The notes under the pieces: model-generated | Database searches by the model: none | The model's input: the letters and a program-made list of their open reading frames with translations, nothing else | What the model was told of the DNA's origin: nothing | Translations under genes and position numbers: made by a program | Part shown: positions 1 through 13,755 of the stretch, piece by piece | How the letters are laid out: the number at the start of each line of letters is the position of its first letter | Position numbering within the stretch: position 1 is the stretch's first letter | Assembly (NCBI RefSeq): GCF_009914755.1 | Contig: NC_060935.1 | From: the human T2T-CHM13v2.0 reference genome, Homo sapiens | Strand: one strand, 5' to 3' | Length of the DNA stretch: 64,000 nt

Positions 1-2075
1 ACTGTTTTTTTCCTGCACTATTGAGATAATCATATAACGTTTATCCTTTATTCTGTGAACATGGTGAAGTACATTGACTGATTCTTTAAAAAATGTTCAT
101 AACAGCCATTGATTGATTTTTGAATGTTAAGCTACCCTTCCATTCCTGAAGTAAATCCCAATTGGTCGCATTTTATTTGCTTTTAAATATATTGCAGGAT
201 TTGCTTTGTTACTATTTTGTTTAGAATTCTTTGTATCTATGTTCATGAATAAAATTGCCCTTTAATTTTTTTCTTTTCTATAATGTTCTTACTAGGTTTT
301 GGTTTTGTGGTTTTTCTAGTCTCATACAATGAGTTGGGAATTGTTCTCTGTTTTCCTTCTTTCTGGATGATATTGTATAGGATTGATATTATTTCTTAAA
401 TATTTGGAATAATTCAACAGTAAAGCCTTCCAGACTTGAAAATTTCCTTATAGGCAGATCTACAGTTCTAGAATATTGATTTGGTTCTCTTTTCCAATTT
501 ATAGTTCTCTACCACAATTCTCAGTTTAAAATAATTTCCTTAAACATATTTAGAATAGTTAAAGTCTGATAACTAGTATCTGGATCTTCTGTGATTCTGT
601 TTCTGTTATCTGTTGTTTATTTTGGTTTTTAATCATGTTGCCTTGTCTTTTCATGTGCTGGTTATTTCCTTTCATTTGCAGAATATTGTGTTTTAAAAAT
701 TGTGGAAATATTTTGAGACACAAGATGATGTTATTTTCCTCTAGAGAAGAATTTCACTTGCTTATATAATTTGAAGCAGGATTCAGTCCATGCAAGAGCT
801 GGACTATTTCTTGTTTATTCTTATTCATAGGGTACAGACCTATGAGGTCCCAACCCAAAGGACTAGAGGTTTACTAGGCCTTCCTCTTCTTGGAAAATCG
901 TAAATTCAAACTTTTGTCACTCTAGCCCTCAAAACTATTGAAAAGCCCTTCTCTTTAAGGTTAAGGGGTAAGTGAGTTGCTATGGCTATACCCTTATCAA
1001 AAAGTAGCGTGAAGGATCCTTGTGGTGATGGATCTGTTCTGTATCTTGAGTGGCGTGGTGGGTACATGAATTTACACATGATAAAATAGCATAGAACTAA
1101 ATACACGCACACACACACACACACACACACGAATGCATGTTAAACTAGAATAAGGTTGGTGGATTGTATCAATGTAAATTTCCCAGTTGTGATATTATAT
1201 TATAATTATGCAAGACATTCCTACTGGCAAAAAAGGATGACGAATATATGGGAAATCTCTGTATTATTTCTTTTTTTATGGTGTAGAAAGTATATATATA
1301 TAACATTAAATTTACCATTTTAACCATTTTAGGTGTTCAATTCAGTGGCATTAAGTAAATTCACAATGTTGTGCAACATCACCACTATCCATTTCCAGAA
1401 CATTTTCATCATCTCAAACAGAAACTCTGTACCCATTAAACAATAATTCCCTGTTCCCCCCACCTCCAGTCCCTGGTAACCTCTATTCTACTTTCTGTTT
1501 CTATGAATTTGCCTATTTTAGGTACTTCATGTAAGTGGGATCATACAATACTTGTCCTTTTGTGTCTGGCTTATTTCACTTAGCATAATGTTTTCAAAGT
1601 TCATCTATGTTGTAGCATGTATCAGAATTGCATTCCCTTTTAAGGTTAAATAATATTCGATTGTATACACACACACACACACACACACACTATATTTGTT
1701 TATTCATCTGTTGATGGATACTTGGGTTGTTTCCATCTTTGGAGTATTATGAATAATGCTGCTATGAACATTGGCATACAAATATCCAAATTCCTTTTTT
1801 TAGTTCTTTTAGGTATATATCTAGAAGTGGAATTGCTAGATCATGTAATTCTGTGTTTAACTTTTTGAGGAACAACCAAACTATTTTTCTACGGTGGCCA
1901 CAGCATTTTTCTACCATCAGCAATGCACAAGAGTTCCAGTTCTTCACGTTTTTACCAACATTTGTTATTTTCTGGGTTTTAAAAAAATAATAACCATCCT
2001 AATGGGTGTGAAGTGATATCTCATTGTGGTTTTGATTTGCATTTTCCTAATGACTAATGATGTTGAGCATATGTT
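1..2075. mobile_element. Mosaic of old L1M fragments in both orientations with embedded (CA)n
   Basis: Minus-strand L1MB-like 3' end at ~1270-2070 (gtgtctggcttatttcacttagcataatg, ctcattgtggttttgatttgcatt) and an L1MC/ME-like plus-strand piece at ~960-1270. Confidence 0.7.
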
Positions 2076-2625
2076 TAAGTAGTTAGGGAAAAACTTGCCC
2101 CAGTATCCAGTTGGTTTCTGTGGGTTTCCTTTTCATCCCAAACCTGGCCCCTTTGTTCTTCACTGTCTTTTTAGCTCACCAGTGCCTTCAGGCAGCTGTT
2201 TTAAACATTTTGTCCATAATTTCTAGTTGTTTTCAATGGGGTAGTTGATCCATATGATGTAATCTACCATTATTTGAAGCGTCTTTTGGGTTAGCTATGG
2301 TTTTGCAAGAGAAAACAATTGTAAATATAATTAAAAGTCATTTTTAAAAAGTTGGTAACTTCTGAAGCCATGGTGACCTTTTATAAAAAAGAAAGCTAAT
2401 AACTCTTTATGAATCTTAAGAATAGCACTAAATCTTTACTCACTAAAAATATTTCTGCATGCTACAGAGATCATATAGACTAGGTATATGGGAGGAAATG
2501 GTGCAGTTTGTTCTCCATCCTACAGTATTTCAGAGAGGAAAATGGGCTTAAAGCACTTACTGTCAGGAAAAACACACTTACTTTATTTGGGTCTCCTGCT
2601 TAAACATCATCTCTATGGAGAAGCT

Positions 2626-3366
2626 GTGTTGGGAGTTCCCAGGATCACCCCTAGGTTTGATAATTCATTAGGAGGATTCATAAGACTCAAAATAGGTCAG
2701 GCGAGGTAGCTCATGCCTGTAATTCCAGCACTTTGGGAGCCCAAGGCAGGAGGACTGCTTGAGCCCAGGAGTTCGAGACAAGCCTGGGCAACATAGTGAG
2801 ATACCATCTTTATTAAAAATTTTTAAAAAGACTCTATATAGTCATACTCATGACTCATGATTACAGTAAAAGGATACAAAGCAAAATAAGCAAAAGGAAA
2901 AGGCACATGAGATGAAGTCTAGAGGAAACCAGGTACATGCTTCCAAGAGTCCTTTCCCAGTAGAGTCACAATGGACATGCTTAATTCCTCCAGGAACTAG
3001 TGACAACATGTGTAAAATGTTGTCTGCCAAAGAAACCCACCCAAGCCTGCTTGTCCAGGGTTTTTATTGGGGATGAATCATATAAGCATAAAACCCCTAC
3101 ATGATGACCCTCAGTTACTGATGTTCCAGATCCTCAAGGGAATGGAGGTGTTCATTATAAATCACATTGTTAGCATAAACTATCTGGACAAACTACTGCA
3201 GAGTCACTTAAGGACTGGCACATGCAAGAACACTCTTATCAGACAGAACATCCCAAGAGCTCAGTTCCCAGCAACCAGCCCAAGGTCAGTCATGAAAACA
3301 AGTCTTTCTTGAAATAGTGCAGGGTTTGAGCAACCCAGGCTTACTAAGTTGATCCTTTTCCACACA
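2626..3366. mobile_element. MER21-like LTR with an Alu monomer inserted (~2696-2830)
   Basis: Starts tgtgttgggagttcccaggatcacccctaggtttgataattcattaggagg and ends ttttccacaca. Family assignment is by recall. Confidence 0.6.
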
Positions 3367-3467
3367 GAGGTCTACCTGATCAAATCTGAAGAAGGAAAGC
3401 ACCCTTTGTTACTCTCTAGTTTCTTACTCTTTGTTATATAATCATTTGTTTATTTGATGCTAATTAA

Positions 3468-3780
<313 letters not shown>

Positions 3781-4061
3781 ACAAATATTTTATAATTTTT
3801 AAATTTCTTTATTATCATTCCTCCACTAGAATATAAATTATATGAGGCCAAAGACTTTGCTTTATTCATGACTGTATCTCCAGTGTCTAAAACTGCTTGG
3901 GCTATAGTAGGTACTCAACAAATATTAAGTAGATGAATGAATGGAAATTATCATTTATTTAAATATTTAGGAATGCCAATGATGTTGACTGGATCTAAAT
4001 TATTGGGACATACTGTTACCATATGAATGACAATTTTCATCTCTTTCTTCTTCCCAAACAG

Positions 4062-4199
4062 GTCCATAATTCAGCAGCCAAATCTTTCCCTCGAAGGTTT
4101 GTTTTGCCTTTAAATGTCAGTTTGAATGCCCCTGAGGGAGACAACCTGAGTCCATTGTCCTATACTTCAGCCAGTGCTGTGAAACAGGCTGATGGAACG
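4062..4199 (+). CDS. BCO2: BCO2 (beta-carotene oxygenase 2) internal coding exon, fourth from last
   Basis: Acceptor ttcccaaacag| and donor |gtatgc. 138 nt, phase 0-0. Encodes [46 protein letters not shown], a carotenoid oxygenase (RPE65 family) segment. Confidence 0.95.
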
Positions 4200-4425
4200 G
4201 TATGCTATGAACAGACATTAGACTAAGACTTTGAACTTTAATGGTGTTACTTTATTCTTTAGCTGTTTTCCAAAATGTCTGGTACCCAATAACTTTTATA
4301 ACATTCATCCGAGCAGGTTAAGGTTATGTAACATCGCTTGCACAAGAATTGCAGAAACAGTGGGAATGAACACAGTGTTTATCTATCCTTCCTGTGCTTT
4401 GAAACAGAGATATGGAACTGTCTAA

Positions 4426-4786
<361 letters not shown>

Positions 4787-5099
4787 GCAATCCCCACCTT
4801 TTAGATAATATGTGCTTAGCACAGACCTATCATTGTGTAGCTGTCAATGCCTTAGCTTTAGAAGAATAAAACGCATATCTCCACCTCCTATGTCATTTGA
4901 CAGCTTATTAATAAAACTTGATAATCATTACGCATCCACACATATGATGGAAAGAGGAACAATATTAAAACATGACATAGAACCTCAGTTCCCAAGCCCT
5001 GTCACAAACCTTTATAGGGTATGAGGCTCCTCACTGACCTACATAAGAGGAAAATAAGAATTAAGCAACCACTACAAATCCTTTTGAAATCTCTTTTAG

Positions 5100-5282
5100 A
5101 TCTGGTGCTCTCATGAAAATCTACATCAGGAGGACCTAGAAAAGGAAGGAGGCATTGAATTTCCTCAGATCTACTATGATCGATTCAGTGGCAAAAAGTA
5201 TCATTTCTTTTATGGCTGTGGCTTTCGGCATTTAGTGGGGGATTCTCTGATCAAGGTTGATGTGGTGAATAAGACACTGAAG
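5100..5282 (+). CDS. BCO2: BCO2 coding exon, third from last
   Basis: ctcttttag| ... AAG|gtgatg. 183 nt. Encodes [61 protein letters not shown], including the family EFPQI motif. Not in the ORF track. Confidence 0.95.
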
Positions 5283-5696
5283 GTGATGAAAAACTCTTTC
5301 CTTTTTGAACTTTTCAGAGACCTGTTCTTCCCTTTGAATTAGTTTGTTTTATTTAAAGTAGCTCTTAAGATTCTTCAGTATTTAAGCAGCTGAGCCATTT
5401 TCTTTTATTTGAGAACTATGAAATCATCTAAGTTAGGGGTATGTTCCTTCTAGGGAATCCAAATTGACCCCAGGCCCAGCAAAATAATTCTATGTTTGAT
5501 TTTGATGTTATTTTGGGAGCAATTGTGGGGTTAGGGTTGTTAGGACACCTATATTTAAAGTTGATGGCAAATTATAGTTACACAAATTGTGTTTGATGGT
5601 GATGGAATCTGGGACTGCAAAGACTCCCTCTCTTTCTCCCATATTCAACTCAGTAGGCCTGATTCTTTTACTTTTGGAATATTCTATTGACAGCCT

Positions 5697-6468
<772 letters not shown>

Positions 6469-6558
6469 AGCCAAATTCATGCTTGGAGTGACAAAAGCCA
6501 TAGAAAGCTCCCTACTTACTACTTGCCTTTTATCAAATGCTTTTTTTGGGACTTGCAG

Positions 6559-6669
6559 GTTTGGAGAGAAGATGGCTTTTATCCCTCAGAACCTGTTTTT
6601 GTTCCAGCACCAGGAACCAATGAAGAAGATGGTGGGGTTATTCTTTCTGTGGTGATCACTCCCAACCAG
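6559..6669 (+). CDS. BCO2: BCO2 penultimate coding exon
   Basis: ttgcag| ... CAG|gtaaat. 111 nt. Encodes [37 protein letters not shown] with the conserved PSEPxFV...EDxG motif. Confidence 0.96.
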
Positions 6670-7685
6670 GTAAATATATTTCCCTATCACCAGTCAGAAA
6701 GAAAAGTAGCACTGAGACATCTGATAAATCAAGGATGCACACTCATCTGTCGATAGTTTACTTTGATTCCTTTTCCCTTCTCTTCCCCTCCTTACTATTT
6801 ACATACCCTTTTATCTCAATCCATATTTTATTGTTTTAAAGTTCTGTTTGGAAGGCCATAATAACAATTTGTATTTGCAAAGGAATTTGTTATTTACGAA
6901 CTACTTACACATATTTAGTTATCAAAACAACTTTGTGGGATACCATTTTATACATGTGGAATTTGTAAAGTAAACAAGTTGAAGTAGACTTGCATCAGAT
7001 CTCCTGGTGGTAAAGCCAGTATTTAAATCCAAGTCTTTTGACTTCCAGTCTAATGTTTATATCATCATGTGTGCTGCCAATTTCAATGAACTGACCTCCA
7101 AGTCCAATGTCATCAGTCCTGGTCCAGTGTCCCAATAACACTATGCACTATCTGACTTCTTGTCTAGGGCAATCTTATGGCAAATAGGTTCACTTTGAGT
7201 ATCAACTTTGATTAATTATTAGTGGCTGCCTGGGGTGCAGGGCTCTGAGGCCTTTTAAGGGTTCAGTAAGAAAGGCTGTGATCAATTAGCGATATCTGCC
7301 ATGGGCTTTAGGAGGACTTTGTCCTCATGCCATGCACTTGCCATTCCTGGAATTAGATTTGGCAGATCTCAATCTGCCTTGCAATGCTGGCCTTTAAACA
7401 GCTCCAAAGTAACACAAAATGGAGGCATTTCTAACTTGGAAGAAAGAGTTTCTGTCTTTTAGAAGATTGGAAAGGCACAAGCAAAAATATTAAACTCAAA
7501 GAAATTCTGTGAAGGTGATTGATAGAAACAACTTAATTTCTTTGCTGTAGGTATGAACTTCTTTAGCCATGATATCCTTTCCAGTCCAGTTCAGCAACTG
7601 AGGAAACAATTTGTGAGTGTATAGGTGAGGCACTGTGCTAGGTTCTGGGGAGAGGTATGAAGATGTGTAAGACATGGTCTTGCTC

Positions 7686-7998
<313 letters not shown>

Positions 7999-8099
7999 CA
8001 ACATGGTCTCTCCATTAGGAATTTTACAGCTTAGTGGAGGAGACAGGCAAATTTTTGATGAAAAAAAGATAATTTTCAATATTGTCTTTTCTTTTCTAG

Positions 8100-8213
8100 A
8101 ATGAAAGCAATTTTCTCCTAGTTTTGGATGCCAAGAACTTTGAAGAGCTGGGCCGAGCAGAGGTACCTGTGCAGATGCCTTATGGGTTCCATGGTACCTT
8201 CATACCCATCTGA
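8100..8213 (+). CDS. BCO2: BCO2 last coding exon
   Basis: cttttctag| then [37 protein letters not shown] and TGA (8211-8213). GFHG carries the last iron-ligand His of the family. Confidence 0.96.
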   Translation, partial: NESNFLLVLDAKNFEELGRAEVPVQMPYGFHGTFIPI

Positions 8214-8249
8214 TGGGACAACCACAAGGTCTGGAAACTAGGTTTAAAA

Positions 8250-8480
8250 TAAGTGTGCACTTGGACATAAAGACTGGAGAAATAAACACTGAGGACTCCA
8301 AAAGGGGGGCAAGGAGGAAGAGGGGCAGGGGTTAAAAAGCTACCTATTGAATACTATGTTCCCTATTTGGGTGATGGGTTCGTTAGAAGTCCAAACCTCA
8401 GCAGCACACAATATACTCATGTAACAAGCCTGCACATGTACCCCAGAATCTAAAATAAAAATAAAAAGAAAAACAAAGAA
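8250..8480 (+). mobile_element. L1 3' end fragment within the BCO2 3' UTR
   Basis: L1 terminal motif catgtaacaagcctgcacatgtaccccagaatctaaaataaaa followed by an A-rich tail. Confidence 0.8.
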
Positions 8481-8582
8481 TGTACTCTATACAAAAGACA
8501 GAGCATAAAGGGCACCGTACCTCCCAAACCAATGTCCCAAATAGACATTTAGTTTAAAAATTTCTGTTAAAAACAGAATTCA

Positions 8583-9104
8583 CTATTTCCTTGCCACTGC
8601 CAAGTCACGCCATGGCAGAGGCTCGAGTGCATACAAGCTTCGGTTTTACCCTTAATACACCATCATGACCAATGGAGGCATTGCTGCTGGAGGTGTCATG
8701 GCCATTAACACTACTTTATAAGAGGTGCGGAAGACTGCCCTCACTCATCATGGCCTAGCATGTGCAATTTGTGAAGCTGCCAAAGCGTTAGACAAGCACC
8801 AAGCCCACTTTTGTCTGCCTGCACCCAACTGCAATGAGCCTATGTATGTCAAGTTGGTGGAGTCCCATGGTGCTGAACACCAACTCACCCTAATTAAGGT
8901 TGATGACAACAAGAAACCAGAGGAATGGGTAGGCCTCTGTAAAACTGAGAGGGAAACCCCCGAAAAGTGGTTGGCTGCAGTTGTGCAGTAGTTAAGGACT
9001 AGGTCAAAGAATCTTAAGTCAAGGATGTCATCGAAGAGTATTTCAAATGTAAGAAATGAACAAATAAAACTTTGGCACTCATGTTTCTTAAGAAAAAACA
9101 CCAC
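8583..9104 (+). pseudogene. RPS12P21: Processed RPS12 pseudogene
   Basis: Intronless RPS12-like sequence with 5' UTR, ATG at 8665, premature TAA at 8719-8721 (codon 19), [36 protein letters not shown], terminal TGA 9057-9059 and AATAAA 9063. TSD aaa(a/g)cagaattca at 8570-8582 and 9105-9117. The P21 number is from memory. Confidence 0.9.
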
Positions 9105-9260
9105 AAAGCAGAATTCATAATATAACTATGGTTATAGATATTTATTTTTTAGGGCTCTTACTTGAAATAATTAAGAAAGTATTGATACAACCTTTTGAAG
9201 AGGGTTTTAAATTTCATTTATTGGATATATCTTCCTCTAGGTAATAATAAGAATACACGA

Positions 9261-9266
9261 AATAAA
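9261..9266 (+). terminator. Likely distal BCO2 polyadenylation signal
   Basis: AATAAA about 1.05 kb after the BCO2 stop. Other AATAAA hexamers lie at 8281, 8454/8460 and 9063. Confidence 0.55.
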
Positions 9267-9289
9267 AATTCATGTATTTTGGTCATTAC

Positions 9290-9856
9290 TGCAAGAATTA
9301 AAGAAAGAGGAAAGAAACATGAAAGGTGGCTTGCCAGTTAAGACAGGTTTATTTTAGAAAAAACAAACCCGAGAGGAGCCTTTTGGCTGAGTTAGATTAG
9401 AGGCACACTTTTTTACAGACTAAGAGTTTTTAAGGATTCAGGGTGGGAGAGTTTATTAGAGGCTTGGACTGCTTCTGTGTTTCTTTGTTGTGTTTATTTG
9501 GGAGGGAGAGTTGTGTGTTTGTTCCCATACATATTTTTTTGCAGCTGCAGGCATACCCCCCAAAGTCTGCTTTTAGCTTCCCTATCTTAGTGCACCTGAA
9601 GGGAGAGGAATGTCCTTATTAAGGCCCACTGTTTCACTGGGGCCCATTATATGAGGGTGAAATTTGGCAGTTACCCAAGAGACTTTCCCCCTACTTCCCT
9701 CTGTGCCCGTGCTGTTTTATTTGTGTTTTACTGTCTGCTTTTTCTGTTTGCTTGTAGTTAGAAGAGAAGTGATTTCCTTGAAATGCATGAGGCTAGAAAG
9801 GGAGCTGGAACTTAAAGTGGCGGTTTGTCCAAAATAAAGATGCTCCTGCTCTGTCA
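9290..9856 (-). mobile_element. Solo ERV1-class LTR (LTR6-like by recall)
   Basis: Minus strand reads TGACAGAGCAGGAGCATC...AATTCTTGCA (TG..CA ends), 567 bp, internal AATAAA (plus tttatt 9348-9353). Perfect 5-bp TSD ATTAC at 9285-9289 and 9857-9861. Confidence 0.85.
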
Positions 9857-12123
9857 ATTACCATCATCGGATAGGTGGATGACAGAGGTCCTAGGAGAAG
9901 AAATACAAATGATCATAGATAGTAGACTTTGAATACAAATCTGAAAAGCACCTTGTTCTTTCCATCACAGTCTGCCTGTTACCATTGGTCCTAAGGTACT
10001 CAGAAGACAGGAAGCTGGCTATATCCTGCATGGAGGCTTCTTCTAAACTGTTTTTTTCTCTGCTGTCCACAGCAGATGCTACTGCAATTGCACAACCCTC
10101 CTATGGACCACCCACTACCCCCACCCCACCCTCAGCTCGGCTTTGGGAGCTTATTTTGAGGAACATCACTAAAATCAGGCATTTATTCTAATCTCTACGT
10201 GTATAGTTCTCAGGGATGGATGACAAGCCAGTAGTGCTTCATTTAATTGGACAGCAGGTGGCACTAGAGACCATATAATCTTCACATTTCTAAACCCTGC
10301 CTGATCTTACCAACAGCCGTAGGCAGGCAAGGTCTGTCACTTAAACGACACTCTTGCCAACACCCCCAAAATCCCTTGTTCCCTTTTCCTTCAGTTACAC
10401 TCCCTTCCCTCTGCTGAACACCATTCCAGGACCAGTTAAACTGTTTATGCTCCTTCCACATGGTGAATGCTCTGGAGAAGACCCCCAGACATACAATATG
10501 TGGCACCTGTGAACTCATGGTTAGGCTCTCTGCACCGTCCTGGACTAACATAGTTTCCTGTCTAATTTTCCTTAAGAGTCACTTCAAACTTCACAGACCC
10601 CATCTTCTTTAGTGATGTGTTCCATACATGCAAATGCCATGCGTGGAGCTTTGCACTGTGGCAATAAAGTAAAAGGGCTGAGTTCCATGTCTGGGTTTGT
10701 GAGATGCAGAACACAGCAGCAGGTTTAGAATGGCAAGAAGATGCCTAAACAGAACTAATGCAGCAGATGCAGGAGCAAAGAGCCTCAGGTAACCATGAGA
10801 GTGTAAGTCCCCCAGTGTTTCCTTTCACAGAAGTCCCTGAAAAGGCATTCATTGTACTTCCTCAGACAAAACATGGAGATTTGATTGATCTTCCTAGATC
10901 TGAAGGGTGAAGGATACTCTGGATGACCTCTGGCAAGTCCATAGATCTGTCACATCTTTCCTCTGTTTATAAATCTCTATCTTAATACACAGGGAATGAA
11001 GTTCAGACACATGAAGGATAGCAGTATAATCATAAGATTTTGACCTAAGGATACCTGAATTCTGCCTTGGCTCTGCTCTGCTCTCTGTTTCTTGAAGGAG
11101 AACACAAAAAAGGATCAGTGGCATGTCATAATCTAGGCATATATGCCTGGTAATCCAAGGGAGAAAGTTCTGGTAAAATTGAGTGAGCATATGACCAAGG
11201 CCCAAAGCATAGGCTGGGCCTCTTCCTCTGCCTAAGCCCAACTCTTACCACTAGCCAGTGTCTGAGGATTCAAGGAAAGGGAGTAAGTGGTGCACAATTG
11301 AGGGGAAAAGGAAGAGGCAAATGGGCAGGTTGGGTCCTCCACAGGAGGCAAGCAGTAGGAAAACGTATGAACCAGCCAGCTAGGCCTCCTTGGGGCAGGG
11401 TGGGAGTAGGGGAGAGCTTTGGCTTGATTTTTTTTTTTTTTCCTCTGAGCATAGCTCTGGAGAGTAAGCAACACCATGTGTGGTACTTCTAACACATTGT
11501 AGGCCTGCCTGTGAGTCAACAAGGCCCAACCAGTGCCTGGAAATGTGATTTAAGCAGATGAAAATTCCCTTTTTGTGGGGAGCTACAAGGGAGATAAGGG
11601 GGTGAAACCTCCTTTCGTTTATACTTAAATGACATTCAAGGCCTTTCAATAATTTGGTCCCCAATCAATGTTTCCAGTCTTACCTCTCACCTATCTCCCC
11701 ATTGTAGCCAAGAACTCTTCAATATGCAGTAAACAAGCTGTACTTTTCCACATTTCCTTTGCTTACATTCTCTTCCTGGAATTCCCTTATCTACCTGGTG
11801 AATCTTAAAATCCAGCTCAAAAGTCATCTCTTCTTTGAAGCCTTCTTTTACTTCCTGAGGGAGAATTAGTGTTTTTTTTCTTTTTTAGTTTGTCATGATT
11901 TATTTCTGTGTTTAGCTCCCTCACTAGCTTGAACTGTATGAGGACAGGAAACGTGTTTATTATTCATACTGCGCCCCTGGCACTTAGCAGTGCACTTGGC
12001 ATTCATTAGATGTTAAATAAACACTTTTTTTTTAACTTAATAAGTGAATGAGGACCGGAAGGTGATAGATATGGGGCCTACCTTGCCAATATATGTCCAT
12101 TGGAGTACCTTATGGGATCTTTT

Positions 12124-13271
12124 TTTTGGTGGGGGGGCTTGGGGGTATTTATTAAGTGATGCTTTAGTCTCAGTCTCTGCCAGCAACTGGGGTGTGGGTT
12201 GACTCCACTCGCCCCAGGATTTCCCAGACTTGCTGTTTTAGTGGAGAGAGGCAGGAAGCCAACTATCCTCTAAGCCCCAGCTTGGGAAGCTAGGCTAGTA
12301 CTGGGGTGGGGGCAGCAGAGCTGAGACCCTCCACCCCCACCCCCAGCCCCCAGCCTCCCAGCCTGAGGGGGAGGAGCTGAGGCAATTTTGGCCGCAGCCT
12401 CCCACACACAGCCCTGCCCTTGGTGCGCCATTCACTGCCCTGAGTTATTCATGATCTCTGCTCCCACATATTCACCTTGACACTCCAAAAGCCAGCCCCA
12501 CACCCAGCCCCTTCAGGTCTTTAGTCCTGGGGAGAGCAAAAGGAGGGACAGGGGCCCTTTGACTGAGCAGCTTCAAGGGGCCTCTCCTTTCTGTTACCCA
12601 CTGAATGCCAGCCCCTTGTCTTCAGCCCTCCCTTAGATAGGAAGGAGGGTGGTGGCCTCAGACTGCACCCCCTTTCTTCTTCTTCTCTTCCTGGCATCCC
12701 ATTCTGTCCCAGCACAGCAGCCAAGAGCACAAAGCACAGCACCTGTGAGGCTGGTGGGCACAGGAGCCCGTGCTGGCACAGGCCAAACTGCCTGCAGCCC
12801 TAGGTGGGGCCTGCTCCTGCCCTAGAAGCTAGACAGAGGGAGACAGAAAGCAGAAGTGGGGCAATGGGATGTGCGGCCCCTGTGGCAGGAGGAGGAGCAC
12901 ACGAACCCTGACCCTGCTTCTTGGTGCAGGCCACTCCAGGCCTTGCTTCTGTAAGAGACTCTGTGGCTGGCTCCAGAGCTGCCCAGCCCCCATAAAGGGG
13001 GCTGAAAGGAGGATGGGTGGTCCTTGAGGAGGGGAAGGGTCTGCAGAGAATCGCTCAGACACCAGGTATTACCCAGCTATTCCCCCAAGACCTGGAGGGT
13101 CCAAACTCCTGGCCCCAACCACCTGCATCTTGGGTGAGGAAGAAGGGCCTCTTCTGCTGTTCCTTCCCCTCAGAGATCCAAGAACCCACTCCAGTGAAAT
13201 GCAGGTACCCATGCCTGCCACCTGCCCCTGGAGACAGCAGGGGAGTTGAGGCAGGAAGGCTGGCCAGGGGC
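12124..13271 (-). pseudogene. Retroposed mRNA 3' fragment (3' UTR-like retrocopy, parent unidentified)
   Basis: 16-bp TSD CCTTATGGGATCTTTT at 12108-12123 and 13272-13287. Residual poly(A) (T run to 12127) with AATAAA (tttatt 12148-12153) about 20 nt from it. GC-rich against AT-rich flanks. Confidence 0.8.
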
Positions 13272-13432
13272 CCTTATGGGATCTTTTAGTAGAAGCTAGC
13301 CTTCTGAGACAACGCAGCCAAGCACAAGCCAGTAAATGTTGCAAGAGTGAAGGGAGAACTATACCTAAATGGCTGTTGATCTCAAGGCACTGAAAGCTAA
13401 GTTAAGAGGAATGTTATTTGCTTATTGGTTAG

Positions 13433-13755
13433 TGTGTTAGTCTGCTAGGGCTGCCATAACAAAGTACCACAGAGGTCTTAACAGAAATGAATTGTCTCAC
13501 AATTCTGGAAGCTAGAAGTCTGAAATCAAAGTTGGTTTTTTCCTTCTGAGGGCTTTGAAGAAAGATCTGTTCCAGTTCTCTCTCCTGGGCTTGGAGATGG
13601 TGTTGTCTGTGTCTTCACATGATCTTCCCTCTGTATGTGTCAGTTTTTGAGTCCAAGTTTCCCCTTTCTACAAGAACATTAGTCATGTTGGATTAGGTCC
13701 CATCCTAAACACCTCATCTCAATACGTGTGCAACAATCCTATTTCCAAACAGGTT
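13433..13755. mobile_element. MLT1-type MaLR LTR
   Basis: tgtgttagtctgctagggctgccataacaaagtaccacaga...ctcacaattctggaagctagaagtctgaaatcaa. Confidence 0.75.

Noticed and set aside
8725-8991. 88-aa RPS12-like ORF as a functional gene
   Set aside because: The parental frame has a stop at codon 19 and a later frameshift, and the listed ORF starts at GTG.
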